This document shows, one piece after another, positions 12,675-25,084 of a stretch of 49,874 bases of DNA (position 1 is its first letter; every line of letters starts with the position of its first letter). The stretch is from Chromera velia. Taxonomy: Eukaryota. The stretch covers positions 1-49,874 of the forward strand of contig JAHBMJ010000402.1 in NCBI GenBank assembly GCA_018398765.1, given 5' to 3'. The translations under genes were made by a program, and so were the position numbers. The notes under the pieces were generated by a model, which saw only the letters and a program-made list of their open reading frames with translations, was not told the origin of the DNA and did no database searches.

Positions 12675-15600
12675 ATACTTCTTCCATTTCTTCTTCTTCG
12701 TGACAGAACCTGACGGGGCTTGTGACTTCCATCGAGGGCCCGAAGGTGACGGTGAAACCACTCAACGCCTCCGGGCTTGGCATCGGAGAGGAAACCTTCG
12801 AGGTGGACAAGTCGGAAATCCACAAATTCTTTCAGGTCAGTCTGCAAATGGGCATGTTGTGGTTCTTGTCAGTGTCTCTGTCTGTGTATGCATGCATCAA
12901 GATGCTTTTATATGGCACTTTATCGTGTGCGTGGATGGGCGTGCGTCTCCAGACCGTCTGAGGCGACGAGCTTCTTTTGCAGGGTGTCGGAAGGGAAGGA
13001 AGGCAGGGTAGGGAAGGGAAGGGACATTCGTCGATCGACGACTGACTGAGGTCTCTCTCGGCGTGCTCTCTCACTCTCTCTCTCTCTGTGTCGCTTAATT
13101 CATCTTCTTGATGATTGCTCCGTGTGCGAGAGAGAAACGGAAAGGGAAAGGGGGGGGGGTGTAGAGACTTTGAAGGAAGGAGATTTGGCTGGAGGGTGGT
13201 GACCTCTCTTGCGTGCTTGCGGGTTTGTGAATGCATGCTTGCGGGTTTGTGAGTGTGCTGCGCATCTATATATCTATCTATCCGTGAGAGAGAGAGAGTG
13301 GTTCAATGCGACTGGTGTCTGACTTGAAATGTCTTTGTTTCTGTCATGCAGAGTGGAGACCGTGTGCGCGTTCTGTCTGGAATCAACGAGGGGTTTGCCG
13401 GTCTGATCGTGAGGGTCCATGAGGGGAACAGGGAAGCGTTCGTACACTCAGAGAGCGCGGGCAGGGAAATCACGTCAGTCAGTCAGTAAGTCCGCCTGCC
13501 TGCTTGCCTGCCTGCCTGCCTGCCGTGTGTGTATGTTCGCACTGATGTTGAAGAGAGACTTCGTCTTTTGAAATCCGTCGGTCAGTTCGTTTTTCCGTTT
13601 TTTTTTATCTTCTTTTTTGTGCGTAGGTAGAACAAATCCCCTTCGAGTGTCACAAACAGAAAACCTTTTTTTCCGCTGTCTGTTGCGTCTCTTTCTTTTT
13701 CTCTTTCTCTTTCTCTTTCTCTTTCTTCCTGCCCTGCAGAGTTCACTTCGACCACATGCGGCTTGCCACAGCGACCGGACAGGACGACGGGAAACAGGAG
13801 CTTCTCCACTTCCGCGTGGGCGACCTCATCTCCCTCTACCCCTCTGGAGATGTCAGTCAGTCAGTCAGTGTGTCAGCACTGACTGTCTGTCTGTCCCTTT
13901 GCTGCCTGCTTCTCTTCTTTGCGTGTGTTGTGGGTGTGGGGGTTGGGGGAGGCAGTCTGGTCCTCCTTCCCATTTGCGTGTGTATGCCTTTCTTTGTCCC
14001 CCCCCTCAGGACCTGCTTCCTCCTTATTCCTACTTTCATGCAGCTCTCTCTGTGAATGAATGTCTCAAGCAGAGGAAAAGTTTCTTTAGGTCTCCTTTGA
14101 CCCCCCGAGCGACGGGGGACAGAGTTAGGCATGCACGAAGACTCCGACCGAGCTCAATCAACGGCATGACATGACATGCCGGTACACACACTCGTGCGCA
14201 TAGGTTGTCAGATCGATTATCCCGCCCTCTTTCATCACCTATTCTACATGTGGTGCTCCCAGGCGGGCACGAACCGTCGCAAAGGTAGGGCAAGAAATAC
14301 GCACCAAATGAATGATTCAACAGTATGTAAAAGTAACTGCTGCCGAATATTATATTGGCCTTCCTTTCTTTTGCCTCCTGCCTCCTGCCTCCTGCCTCCT
14401 TAATTCCTGCAGATCGGCATGATCTACTTCATCACGATGAACGACGACATTCGCGTCCTCCTGCCCTCCGGAAAGTCATACAACGCCACGCCTGCGCAGG
14501 TAGGTCCGCTTTCTTGTGTGTATCCGAAATGCACGTATGTAAGAATGTGTGTGTGTGTGTGTGTGTGTGGATGTTTTCGTCTGGAGAGTCCTTCACCGCC
14601 ACGCCTTTCGAAATTCGTCCTCTGTCTCCTTTCAGATTTTCTTCTTGCCGAACGTTCCCCTTGGCTGGACTCAAAAAGTGCGACAGAAAGACCGGGCGGG
14701 CTCTCCTCTTTTGCCGTTTTTGGCACCGCTTCTGGAACACGGCGGGTAAATCTTCTAGAACCTCTCTCTCTTTTTGTTTCTTCTCCCTTCCCTCCGTGCA
14801 TGCGTGTGCCTGCAGGTGTTGGGCAAAAAGAACACGCGGACCTTCGTGGTGCCGGGAGCGGACCGTCGGCCCATCAAGGGAGGGGACAGCGTCCTCGTTT
14901 TGGAGGGCCCTGCTAAGGGACTCACTGGAATTGTCAAACACGTCAGTCTGTCTGTCAGTCAGGCAGTCATCGTCGTTCAGCCTTTGAGCACAAAGGTGCC
15001 ACAAGCCCGTTGATGGGATGTAGCTCCTCGAGAGAGAGAGAGAGACCTGCAGGCTCGTGTGTCTGTCTGTTTTCTTTTGTCGCATCCGCACAATAATCCC
15101 TCCCGTCTTCATGTCAGCGCCCGTAGAGAAAAAGCATACAGAGAAAATGCATACAGAGACAATGCATACAGAGAGAATGCATATAGGAAGGTTTACCCAC
15201 GAAAGAGAGATTTATCCATGGGTTTTACAGATGCAGAGCCCCGGCTTGTTCTCCCTCGTACAGTTTCTTTCATATCACTTACGATCATTCGTTTCTTTGC
15301 TCTCAAGTCGGAATTCCGCATCCATTGAGTGCTCAAGTGAGGTGAGGCAACCAGACCCAGACCAAAAAAGAGCCGTTGGAGGGTACCCTGTGCAAATGAA
15401 TGTGTGGATGGATGTTGTGGGAGCGTGTGTGTGTGCGTGCGTGCGTGCAGGTGTACCGGAACAATCTGTTCATCAAGTGCGCCCACAGGATGGAGTATGC
15501 CGGCTACGTTGCCGTGGACGCTCAATGGGTCAGTGAGTGAGTTGTTTTAGTTTTTTTGAGTATTTTGTATACATGTGTGTCTCTGTGGCCCGGCTACGTT

Positions 15601-15887
15601 GCCGTGGACGCTCAATGGGTCAGTGAGTGAGTTGTTTTAGTTTTTTTGAGTATTTTGTATACATGTGTGTCTCTGTGGCCCGGCTACGTTGCCGTGGCCG
15701 CTCAATGGGTACTGCAGTGAGTGGGTGCACCGCACTGATCGATGTGGCCAACTCGAAGCCAGAGACAGACGCCAAAGGAAGGAAGCAAGGGAGAGAGAGA
15801 AAGAAAGAAAGAAAGAAAGAAAGAAACGAGGAAGGACAAGAAAAAAATAAAATTAAGAAAGAAAGAAAGAAAGAAAGAAAAGAACGA

Positions 15888-15918
<31 letters not shown>

Positions 15919-16452
15919 GAAGAAAGAAAGAAAGAAAGAAAGAAAAAAAGAAAGAAGGAAAGAAAGAAAGAAAAAATAAAGAAAGAAAGAAAGAAAGACA
16001 GACAGACAGAAAGAAAGAAAGAAGGAAAAAGGAAGAAAGGAAGGAAGGAAGGAAAGAAAGAAAGAAAGGAAGGAAATAAAGAAATAAAAGAAAGAAAGAA
16101 AGAAAGACAGACAGACAGACAGACAGAAAGAAAGAAAGAAAGAAAGAAAAAGAAAGAAAGAAAGAACGAGGAAGGACAAGAAAAAAATAAAATTAAGAAA
16201 GAAAGAAAGAAAGAAAGGAAGAAAAGAACGAAAGAAAGAAAGAAAGAAAGAAAGGAAGGAAGAAAGAAAGAAAGAAAAAAAGAAAGAAGGAAAGAAAGAA
16301 AGAAAAAATAAATAAAGAAAGAAAGACAGACAGACAGACAGACAGAAAGAAAGAAAGAAAGAAAGAAAGAAAAAGGAAGGAAGGAAAGAAAGAAAGGAAG
16401 GAAGGAAATAAAGAAATAAAAGAAAGAAAGAAAGAAAGAAAGAAAGACAGAC

Positions 16453-16483
<31 letters not shown>

Positions 16484-16583
16484 AAAAGAAAGAAAGAAAG
16501 AAAGGAAGGAAGGAAAGAAAGAAAGAAAGAAAGGAAAGGCGCTTAGGGCATCCTTGCATGGAATTAGTTCTAGATCTAAACTT

Positions 16584-16619
<36 letters not shown>

Positions 16620-19600
16620 GCCAGCCAGGGCCACTGGCCCATTCTCATGAGTTTTTCATATGAATCAGTCAGGCTGCATGAGTCATTGATTGGTTTAATG
16701 CCTGCCTGCAGGTGCGAGCAGAAAGCAAGACGGTGCGACAGGAGGCGCTCCCCGGGTGCGTCTCCCCATAGTCCTTGGGGTTGTTAATTTATTTTATTCT
16801 TTTGTTCTTTCTTTTCTTTTCGGCCAGATGGTAGAGAGAGAGAGAGAGACGACGAGAAAGAGCATTTGGCCATTTGCTTTCTCTCTCTCTTTCTCTTTTT
16901 CTATCTGTCTGTCGGGTTTCTCCGAGACGTTAGGTCAATGCGATGATCGACTGGTCTCTGCATCTTTCTTTGTATGTGTATCTTTCTCGTCTGTGTCTGT
17001 CTGTCTGTCTGTCTGTGTGTGTGAGAGAAACATATCTTCTGTCTGTGTGTGTGTGTTTACGTTTGTATTTGCAGGGGAGAGGATGGGCTGATGGACGTTG
17101 ACGTCCGTTCGGATTTCTCGCGAGTGATGAGGAACACGGTGGACGGATCGAGGAGTGCTGCACCCTCTATCTGTCAGTCAGTCAGTCAAAGAGACTGTTT
17201 TTCTTTTGTTTTGTTTTGGTGTGCTGGGGCTCTTCCTTGCTGTCGCGCGTTGCCTTTGCGCTTTCTTCCACCCGTCTCTTTGTTTGTGTGTTGGTGTGCG
17301 CGTGTGTATTTCTGAAAGCGCTTTGTTGAGGATTAGCGTGTCTTATCCTTCGTTTTGTTCCTTCCTTCCGTCCTTCCTTCCTTCCTTTCTGTTTGAGGCT
17401 TTTTGGTAGCCCTCGTTTCTTTTCGGTTCTTGGAGGATACTTTGACGACGGGTCGACTGTCTCTGTATGCATCTGTGGACCTCTGTATGTGGGGGGGGGG
17501 GGGTTNNNNNNNNNNNNNNNNNNNNNNNNNNNNNNNNNNNNNNNNNNNNNNNNNNNNNNNNNNNNNNNNNNNNNNNNNNNNNNNNNNNNNNNNNNNNNNN
17601 NNNNNNNNNNNNNNNNNNNNNNNNNNNNNNNNNNNNNNNNNNNNNNNNNNNNNNNNNNNNNNNNNNNNNNNNNNNNNNNNNNNNNNNNNNNNNNNNNNNN
17701 NNNNNNNNNNNNNNNNNNNNNNNNNNNNNNNNGGGGGGGGGGGTTTCTATGAATGCAGCCAGCAAAGCCCAGCCGTCAACCAAAAAGCAGCTGCCAAAGG
17801 GCGTCAAGTGGAAGGGTCGGGACAACTTCCAGTACAAAAAGTGGGTCTCTCTCTCTCTCTGTGTCTGTGCGTGTGCATATGTGCCCCTCCCCTTTGGATG
17901 CTTGCCTGCCCTGTCTGGCTGTACGACTCTGTCTGTGTCTTCCTGCCTGCTGGCCTTTTTCCTGGCCCTGAGATTCTTTCTTTCATTCTTTGTTGAGGAA
18001 GGGAACTTGTGAATGAGCCCTTTGTGTCTGTCTGTTTCAACAAACGCCTTTCAGACGCCCCCCGGGAGGGAGACGGGAGCATCAAGAGAGAGAGAGAGAG
18101 AGAGTGGGGAAGGAAGAACGGAACGGAACGTCTTCCGTTCGGGACGATCAGGTGAATTCAAAGATTGAAGAAAAAAAGAACAAGACTTTTTCTAGGAAAG
18201 GAAATGCTTTCCCTCCCTTTCTTCTCCCTGCGTTGGTGCTGCATGAATGAATGAATGAATGCATGCAGGTGTGTGATCATGACCGGATTTCATAAAGGCA
18301 AAGAAGCCATCATTCGATCGGTTGAGCCGGCAACTCTCAAGGTGGGTGCGTTCGTTCCTTCTTTTGCTTCTTTCTGTTTTGGTTCTCTCTCTCGGCTGTG
18401 CCCCTGCGTGTCCGTGATGAGTCTTTTTTTTTCGTAGTAATTAATGTATGTAATTCTTTTCGTCCTTTTGTCTTCGTGTCCGTGATGAGTCTCAAGACGC
18501 GTGCCTGTGTTTCTTCGTTTTGAAGGGTTGTGAAAGTCATCGAGTGTGAAAGTGTTCTTGCCAAGTGTTGCGTTTGTTCCGTTCCCATGCTCCCTTATAT
18601 CGTTGCCTGCGCTCTTGTTGCCTGACTGACTGGCAGTTTTGCTTCTTCAATGCAACATCGATGCTTTTCTTTTAATTCCCTTCCGCTTTTCTTCTTCATT
18701 CTTTCGTTTCGTTGGCTGCGGGCAGGTGACCCTAGATGCCCGTCCTGAATTCCTGACGGTGAACCGGACGGACGTATCCATCATCTTGGACAAAAGCGAC
18801 AAGCTCGCCGCGAGAGGAGCAGCCACCTCCGTTGGGCAGATGGACTTTCATGTCCGTCCGTCCGTCCGTCCGTCCGCTTTCCTTCTTTCCTTCCTTCCTT
18901 CCTTTCTTTCTTTCTTTTGTTTGTTTGTTTGTTTGTTCTGTCTGCCTCCTGCTTCGTCGCTAGTGCTTCAAAGAATCATGTGTTCGATTGAGACCGCTTT
19001 CTTTCATCCAGGGAAGCCGTCCGTGTCTTCCTTCCTTCGCATGAATATCTTTTTCTACTCTCCGGAGGGAAAGGAAAGCAAAGGAAAGCGGTGAGAGGTG
19101 GAGATGAAAGGACGCACGCAAAATTTAAGGATCTGACTGACGGAAAGCTTTGCAGGAAGAGCTCGCTTAACACTCAGACACATCCAAATACACAAGCAAC
19201 GGAAAACAAACGGAGTGTTTGTCTTTATGTACGGCCTGTCTTCTCCTCTCTGTATTGGCAGAATTGTATTGGCAGTGTGAGTTCTGCCCGGTTCGCTGGT
19301 GACAAAAAGAAAAGAAAATATTTTTTTTTTTCTTTTTTGTCTCTGTATTGGCAGAATTGTATTGGCAGTGTGAGTTCTGCCCGGTTCGCTGGTGACAAAA
19401 AGAAAAGAAAATATTTTTTTTTTTCTTTTTTGTCTCTGTATTGGCAGAATTGTATTGGCAGTGTGAGTTCTGCCCGGTTCGCTGGTGACAAAAAGAAAAG
19501 AAAATATTTTTTTTTTTCTTTTTTGTCTCTGTATTGGCAGAATTGTATTGGCAGTGTGAGTTCTGCCCGGTTCGCTGGTGACANATGAATGCATGCAGGT

Positions 19601-21124
19601 GTGTGATCATGACCGGATTTCATAAAGGCAAAGAAGCCATCATTCGATCGGTTGAGCCGGCAACTCTCAAGGTGGGTGCGTTCGTTCCTTCTTTTGCTTC
19701 TTTCTGTTTTGGTTCTCTCTCTCGGCTGTGCCCCTGCGTGTCCGTGATGAGTCTTTTTTTTTCGTAGTAATTAATGTATGTAATTCTTTTCGTCCTTTTG
19801 TCTTCGTGTCCGTGATGAGTCTCAAGACGCGTGCCTGTGTTTCTTCGTTTTGAAGGGTTGTGAAAGTCATCGAGTGTGAAAGTGTTCTTGCCAAGTGTTG
19901 CGTTTGTTCCGTTCCCATGCTCCCTTATATCGTTGCCTGCGCTCTTGTTGCCTGACTGACTGGCAGTTTTGCTTCTTCAATGCAACATCGATGCTTTTCT
20001 TTTAATTCCCTTCCGCTTTTCTTCTTCATTCTTTCGTTTCGTTGGCTGCGGGCAGGTGACCCTAGATGCCCGTCCTGAATTCCTGACGGTGAACCGGACG
20101 GACGTATCCATCATCTTGGACAAAAGCGACAAGCTCGCCGCGAGAGGAGCAGCCACCTCCGTTGGGCAGATGGACTTTCATGTCCGTCCGTCCGTCCGTC
20201 CGTCCGCTTTCCTTCTTTCCTTCCTTCCTTCCTTTCTTTCTTTCTTTTGTTTGTTTGTTTGTTTGTTCTGTCTGCCTCCTGCTTCGTCGCTAGTGCTTCA
20301 AAGAATCATGTGTTCGATTGAGACCGCTTTCTTTCATCCAGGGAAGCCGTCCGTGTCTTCCTTCCTTCGCATGAATATCTTTTTCTACTCTCCGGAGGGA
20401 AAGGAAAGCAAAGGAAAGCGGTGAGAGGTGGAGATGAAAGGACGCACGCAAAATTTAAGGATCTGACTGACGGAAAGCTTTGCAGGAAGAGCTCGCTTAA
20501 CACTCAGACACATCCAAATACACAAGCAACGGAAAACAAACGGAGTGTTTGTCTTTATGTACGGCCTGTCTTCTCCTCTCTGTATTGGCAGAATTGTATT
20601 GGCAGTGTGAGTTCTGCCCGGTTCGCTGGTGACAGAGGCGGCGGTGGCGCCGCGAGTGCGACTGCTTATAACGGCGGGGGGGGAATTCGCAGCGGCGCAG
20701 GGAGCCGCCGGGGGCCGGCCGCTTCGGCTTTGGGAGGGTCGAATATGGACATCGAGGGAGTGGCGCCCTTCGTACCTCGGGTCGGAAGTGTAATAGGCGG
20801 AGGGGCGGCAAGCGAAGCGGGAGAAACAAATTTTGGGGTCGCGCCCCCTCTCCCTGACACGTCAGTCGGTCTTTTCTTTTTCTTTTTTCTCTTGCAGTGT
20901 GCGTGGGTGTCTTTGGTTAGTTATTCGCGTCCTGAGCTGTTGCTTCTTTTTCCCCTTGATTCTGTACATGTACTCTTGATTTCGAAAGTCGTCAGTTTCG
21001 GAAGAGGAGAGCTTTTGTTTTTCTGTCATCGTCTTTGTTGGGTCCCGTCCCCCCACTTCCTTCCTGCTTGCGACGTTTTGACTCTCTCCCAGATAACGCT
21101 CCTGCCTGCTTGTCTCTCTCTCTT

Positions 21125-21156
<32 letters not shown>

Positions 21157-22477
21157 TGTGCAGATTCCGGTCTGCATTCCCCCCCACAATGCACACGCAC
21201 CGACAGATGCCCCATCAGGGACCCATGGGAGGATACGGAGGGTTCGAAGACCACGCGGGCGGCGGCGCCCCGTTCTCTTCACACGCCCCCCCCGCCGGTG
21301 GGGGGCACTACGGAGGTTATGCCGCCTACCCCCCCGTCCCTGACTTCCCTCGCCCCACAATTCTTCCGCCACCCCCGGCACTCCAGCAGGCTTCTCAGGC
21401 TGGAGGACCAGCCGGTGTGGCTGCCTCTCCTTCCGCACAGCAGGAAGACGGAGACGGAGGCAGGGCGGCCGACGCAGCAGCAGCTCCGCGGCCTCCCCCC
21501 CAAGAATTGCCTCATTGGGCTCAGAAGGGCTGTCGAGTGCGAGTGGCGGCGCACGGATTGTACGCGGGCCAGGTAGGAAATTATGTGTGTGTACGCCGAT
21601 CCACTATGTCTATCTGTGTAGAAACGTACTTGTCCATCCAAAGGGCTCAGAAAGAAAGGCTGTCGATCATATGCGTGACGCACGCGTGCGGTCTTGCATG
21701 CAGCTACGACCGACCAGTTCCCCAACCGACCAACAAATCTTCCTTCCACTCCTCCAGACAGACAGACAGACAGCGTTCCCTTCCCTTCGCTTCCCTTCCC
21801 GCACTCGATGATCGCTGTTCCATTCAATGCGATGAAAGAAAGACCGAAGAAGTGAGAGATTTGATCGCCTGCTTGCCTGCCTGCCTGTGTCTATATGTTT
21901 CAGTTGGGTACGATCCTGCTCCGCAAGCCGGAGACGGGCTCGATGTATGTATACATGGACACAGACGACGGCCCCGCGCCATCGCCTGACAACGAGGAGG
22001 AGGAGGAATTGCCTGTGATCGAGATCGCTCCAGACTCACTCTCGCCCATCCGACCAGACAGAGTCAAAGACAAGGAACAGGTACGCGAAGTACGAGATAG
22101 AGCAGAAAAAGAAAAAAGGAAGGACACACGAGGAATGTGAAGAAAGAAGTTCTGCTGAGGACCTCGCGGATCCTCTCTCTTCCTCCCTCCGGTCGCTTCT
22201 GAGGGTTCCGCCTCCGCGCCCTGCCCCCCCCCCCCCCCCCNNNNNNNNNCCCCCCCCCGCATCTCAGTCTCTCTCTCACACATACACACGTGTACACACG
22301 GTCTCTCTCTCTTGCTCTGAGGTGCGCTGAGACAACCTTCCCGTTTTTACTGTTTCCTTCAGGCATTTCTTTTCTTCGCCACATTTCTTTTGTTCGAAGA
22401 GAAGAAAGTCTTCCCAGCGTCATCTTTGTTTCACACCGCCTTGCTCTTCCTCTCTGTCTCTCTCTCTCCCTCTCTCT

Positions 22478-22517
<40 letters not shown>

Positions 22518-23402
22518 ACATGCAGGTGCTGATTTCTCCTGGATGGGCTTTGTACGAGAAATATTCGCAGAGGGGCGAGGAGACGCTCCTCGCGGAGGTT
22601 TTGTCTCTGGACAGGGACAGAAGGGTGTGCAGGGTCGCGGTGATCAAAACTGCGAGGTCGGTCGGTCTGTCTGTGAGATGAGGGAGGACAATTGAGCGAC
22701 TTACTTCTCTTTGATCAAGCGTGGAAGACACATAGATAGATCGATAGAGACCGTCAACACATCTCAAGCAAGATTGGAGGGAGGTGTGCAGAGAATTAAG
22801 AGAGGCACGAATGCTTTCTAGTTTGTTTTGCAGGGCCTCAATTCTCCCCTTTGTTTTCGTTTTTTTTTTAAGGACATATGTCCTCACGACACATCCATAC
22901 GGGCAGCTGCTGCAATTTGATTCCTTCCTAGACCCTCCCCTAGAGGCAGGGAGGAGAGGGGAGGGGAGATAAGAAACCCACACCCCCCGGCCTCCCTCTC
23001 ACTGGTCTCCTCTCCTTCCACGCGTGTGTGTGACCCTCCCAGACAGACAGGTGATGATGCATGAGCCTGGAGGGAAGGAAGGGGAATGAACGCGTTGTGT
23101 GTGATTTGTGTTTGCTTCAATTTGTTCAATTCGAATCGTTTTCTTTCTTGCATGGCTTTGCTTGCGCAAGGCAAACGTTCCTTAATTCCCTCCAACTTTG
23201 TTTGGATCTGTCTGTGTGCCGACTGACTGACTGACTGAATGAATGAATGAATGGATCTCCTTCATACACGTTTTTTCTTTTTTTTCTTCTCTCTCGCTCT
23301 TTGCTTCATTTGCTTAATTGCAGGCAATTTGAGGTGCCCCTGGAGTACGTGCTTGTGTACAGGGAGCCGGAAGTGGATGTGGGAGATCTGACGGGAACCT
23401 AA
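4082..23402 (+). CDS. SPT5: Transcription elongation factor SPT5 (DSIF large subunit), ~28 exons; one exon start is hidden in the N gap and two exons appear twice in an assembly duplication
   Basis: Acidic N-terminus with RFLDVEA. NGN domain: [24 protein letters not shown] / [27 protein letters not shown] (exons 6962-7082, 7394-7499, 8014-8121). KOW1: [21 protein letters not shown]...[10 protein letters not shown] (8646-8705, 9128-9208). KOW2: [24 protein letters not shown]3: [26 protein letters not shown]4: [33 protein letters not shown]5: [21 protein letters not shown]-terminal [23 protein letters not shown]. Last exon 23324-23402 ends in TAA. Confidence 0.95.
5177..5280 (-). mobile_element. 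Two tandem copies of hairpin micro-element family A (5177-5216, 5241-5280) alternating with three copies of a 24-bp flank
   Basis: Perfect 14-bp arms TTGACGCACGCAAG / CTTGCGTGCGTCAA around a 12-nt loop. The flank TG(A/G)AATTCCCCG(A/G)TCCTCTTTCA occurs at 5153, 5217 and 5281. The loop is in the opposite orientation to the other copies. Confidence 0.65.
5411..5591 (+). repeat. 91-bp tandem duplication of the SPT5 exon 2 acceptor and exon start
   Basis: TTTCAG|AGCGCCTCGCGCCCCACC...AAGGACCTG begins at both 5452 and 5543; only the second copy continues into the exon. Confidence 0.9.
6225..6265 (+). mobile_element. Hairpin micro-element family A inside a ~41-bp direct duplication
   Basis: TTGACGCACGCAAAAATTCTGATGCGTTCTTGCGTGCGTCA, flanked by GTTGGCGCTT(T)CTTTGATTGTCCGAATGAGATGCGTCTTGTT at 6177-6217 and 6266-6307. 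Confidence 0.65.
6733..7008 (+). repeat. Three copies (112-113 bp period) of the SPT5 exon 3 start separated by A-rich filler
   Basis: GTTTTGACCCAGAGTTGCTGCGCCACCAGCCCCACGACCCGAAGACC at 6737, 6850 and 6962. Confidence 0.9.
9845..9885 (+). mobile_element. Hairpin micro-element family A
   Basis: TGACGCACGAAAAAATTTGGATGCGTCCTTGCGTGCGTCAA; GGTGGGTAGGTCGTC is repeated on both sides. Confidence 0.6.
15501..15710 (+). repeat. Three copies (90-bp period) of an SPT5 exon end and donor
   Basis: CGGCTACGTTGCCGTGG(A/C)CGCTCAATGGGT at 15501, 15591 and 15681, with a T-rich filler between copies. Confidence 0.9.
15775..16538. repeat. (GAAA)n purine-rich array with a ~340-bp higher-order duplication
   Basis: The marker ACGAGGAAGGACAAGAAAAAAATAAAATTAAG recurs at ~15826 and ~16166. 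Confidence 0.9.
17506..17732. other. Assembly gap (N run) between poly-G tracts; hides the start of one SPT5 exon
   Basis: Visible Ns. Smaller gaps occur at 19584 and 22241-22249. Confidence 0.99.
18255..20633 (+). repeat. Apparently identical ~1.05-kb segment repeated at a 1330-bp offset across a single N; probable assembly or haplotype artefact
   Basis: 18255-19303 matches 19585-20633, and the ORF track shows identical ORFs offset by 1330. A single N sits at 19584. Confidence 0.85.
19248..19583 (+). repeat. Four copies of a 93-bp unit containing an SPT5 acceptor and exon start plus A/T filler
   Basis: GCAG|AATTGTATTGGCAGTGTGAGTTCTGCCCGGTTCGCTGGTGACA at 19258, 19351, 19444 and 19537. Confidence 0.9.
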
Positions 23403-23766
23403 GCTGCCTGCAGGCATTCATTGGGAGGGAGGGAGGGAGGGAGGGATGTCTCGATCGTCTCAAGAGGAGAGGAGAGGGGAGAGGGGGAGTAGACAGGAGG
23501 GAGGGAGGGAGGGGAAGGGAATCGGGGGGGACCGCTGTGCCACAATACTTATTTGCCTGCAGGTCACGCGTGTTTCCCTCCTTTCTTTCTCTCTTCTCTC
23601 TTTTCTTTCTTCTCTCTGGGGGCAACGGGACGATCGCGATCGATGGAAAGGACAAGGAAGATTCAATTAGCGAGGGGGGGGGAAGGATTCTTTCTGATCT
23701 CGAAAGAAGGAAGGATACCTGCATGCATGGCCGCATCTCTCGTGCGTACGTGTTTGCGGAATCTCC

Positions 23767-23807
<41 letters not shown>

Positions 23808-23935
23808 TTGATCTTTTGTGCCCTTCCTTTCTTTCTCCCTTTCTTTCCTCTTTCGTGAATCGTTCCTTTCTTCTGGATCTATCGATCGACTGTTATTCCT
23901 TCCCTCACTCAACCTCGTTTGATCTAGCTAGCTAA

Positions 23936-23969
<34 letters not shown>

Positions 23970-25084
23970 CGGCTTCCTCTCTCTCTGTGTCCCAACCCTC
24001 CACCCGTCGCCCTCGCTGTCGGCCATTCCTGCATCAATCAATCAGTCAATCCTTCCTTGCACGTGCCCATATGGGCAGGCGGGCCTCGATCTGATCTGAT
24101 CTGATCAACCAGTCTTGCTGCCATCGACTCTTAATGCTCTCCACGCTATCTCTGCCTGTATGTGTGCTTGTGTTCTGACATATGAAACGCAAGCACCGTA
24201 TTGTTTCTGCTTTGTATGTGTTCCATCCATTTCTACGAGGAGGTGGAGACTGTTTGTTGATGGGTTGACTCACAGCTGGGTGCATGTTTCTAGCACCGTC
24301 TTCAAGGAGCTTGATCGAGCAGTCAGTCCGTGCGTGCGTGCGTGCGTCAGTGTGTATTTCGAGCACTGGCTTCAAGGAGCTCAATCGAACGCGAAATAGA
24401 CTGGCGGAGTCCACTAAAGATCGCTAAACCTAGTTTCTTCGGTCATGTTGGCTGCGCTGTCATTGACATTAAAAAGAAAGAAGGGATGACGAAGGAAGGA
24501 GTGTTTAAGTTGATTATTGATAGAACTTGATAAAATGACTGAGTAAAGTTTTTCTTTTCAAAAGTTTTCATTGTGTTAATATGTGTCTAGCAGTTGAAGT
24601 GTCGGTTAGAGTGTTTCCCAAATAATTAACTTGAAATTATAATTGTATCTCATCGTTACATACATCCAATGTTAATTATGTTATCAACTTACTTTATAGA
24701 AAATTTGAAAATAACTCGAAGTTTGATTAAAATTGCAAATGTCAATATCTAAATGCAATATGAGCACTGCGACAACTTGCCGCCGATAAGCTCTGTACTC
24801 ACACCCGGTCGGGAAAAGTTTAGGTGTAAAGCGGTGTAAAAAGTTATAAGAAGATGCTTTAAAGTGTATGTTATATATAATGTTAGCCTTCAAGTTGTTT
24901 GGGACGTGGACTCGGAGCCCTACAGAGTGATGAAACTAGTGATGAAAGCTATAACAATAAATGTTGTTAAATTATCGTTATTTACCTATCATAAGAGTTT
25001 AATTAGAATGCTGCGATGAATAGTCGGTGCACAGTCAGTTTTTTTTTTTTTTTTGTGAAGGTTCAGAATCTTTGGAAAGATATT

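Noticed and set aside
15627..16648. Lys/Glu/Arg-rich and Phe/Leu/Ser-rich ORFs
   Set aside because: Translations of the (GAAA)n microsatellite.
18255..20633. Genuine duplication of the KOW5 exons in SPT5
   Set aside because: The copies look identical even in introns and are joined by a single N, typical of a scaffolding or haplotype artefact.
20421..21989. 522-aa ORF as a standalone gene
   Set aside because: It reads through SPT5 exons and stop-free introns that have clear GT-AG boundaries and microsatellites.
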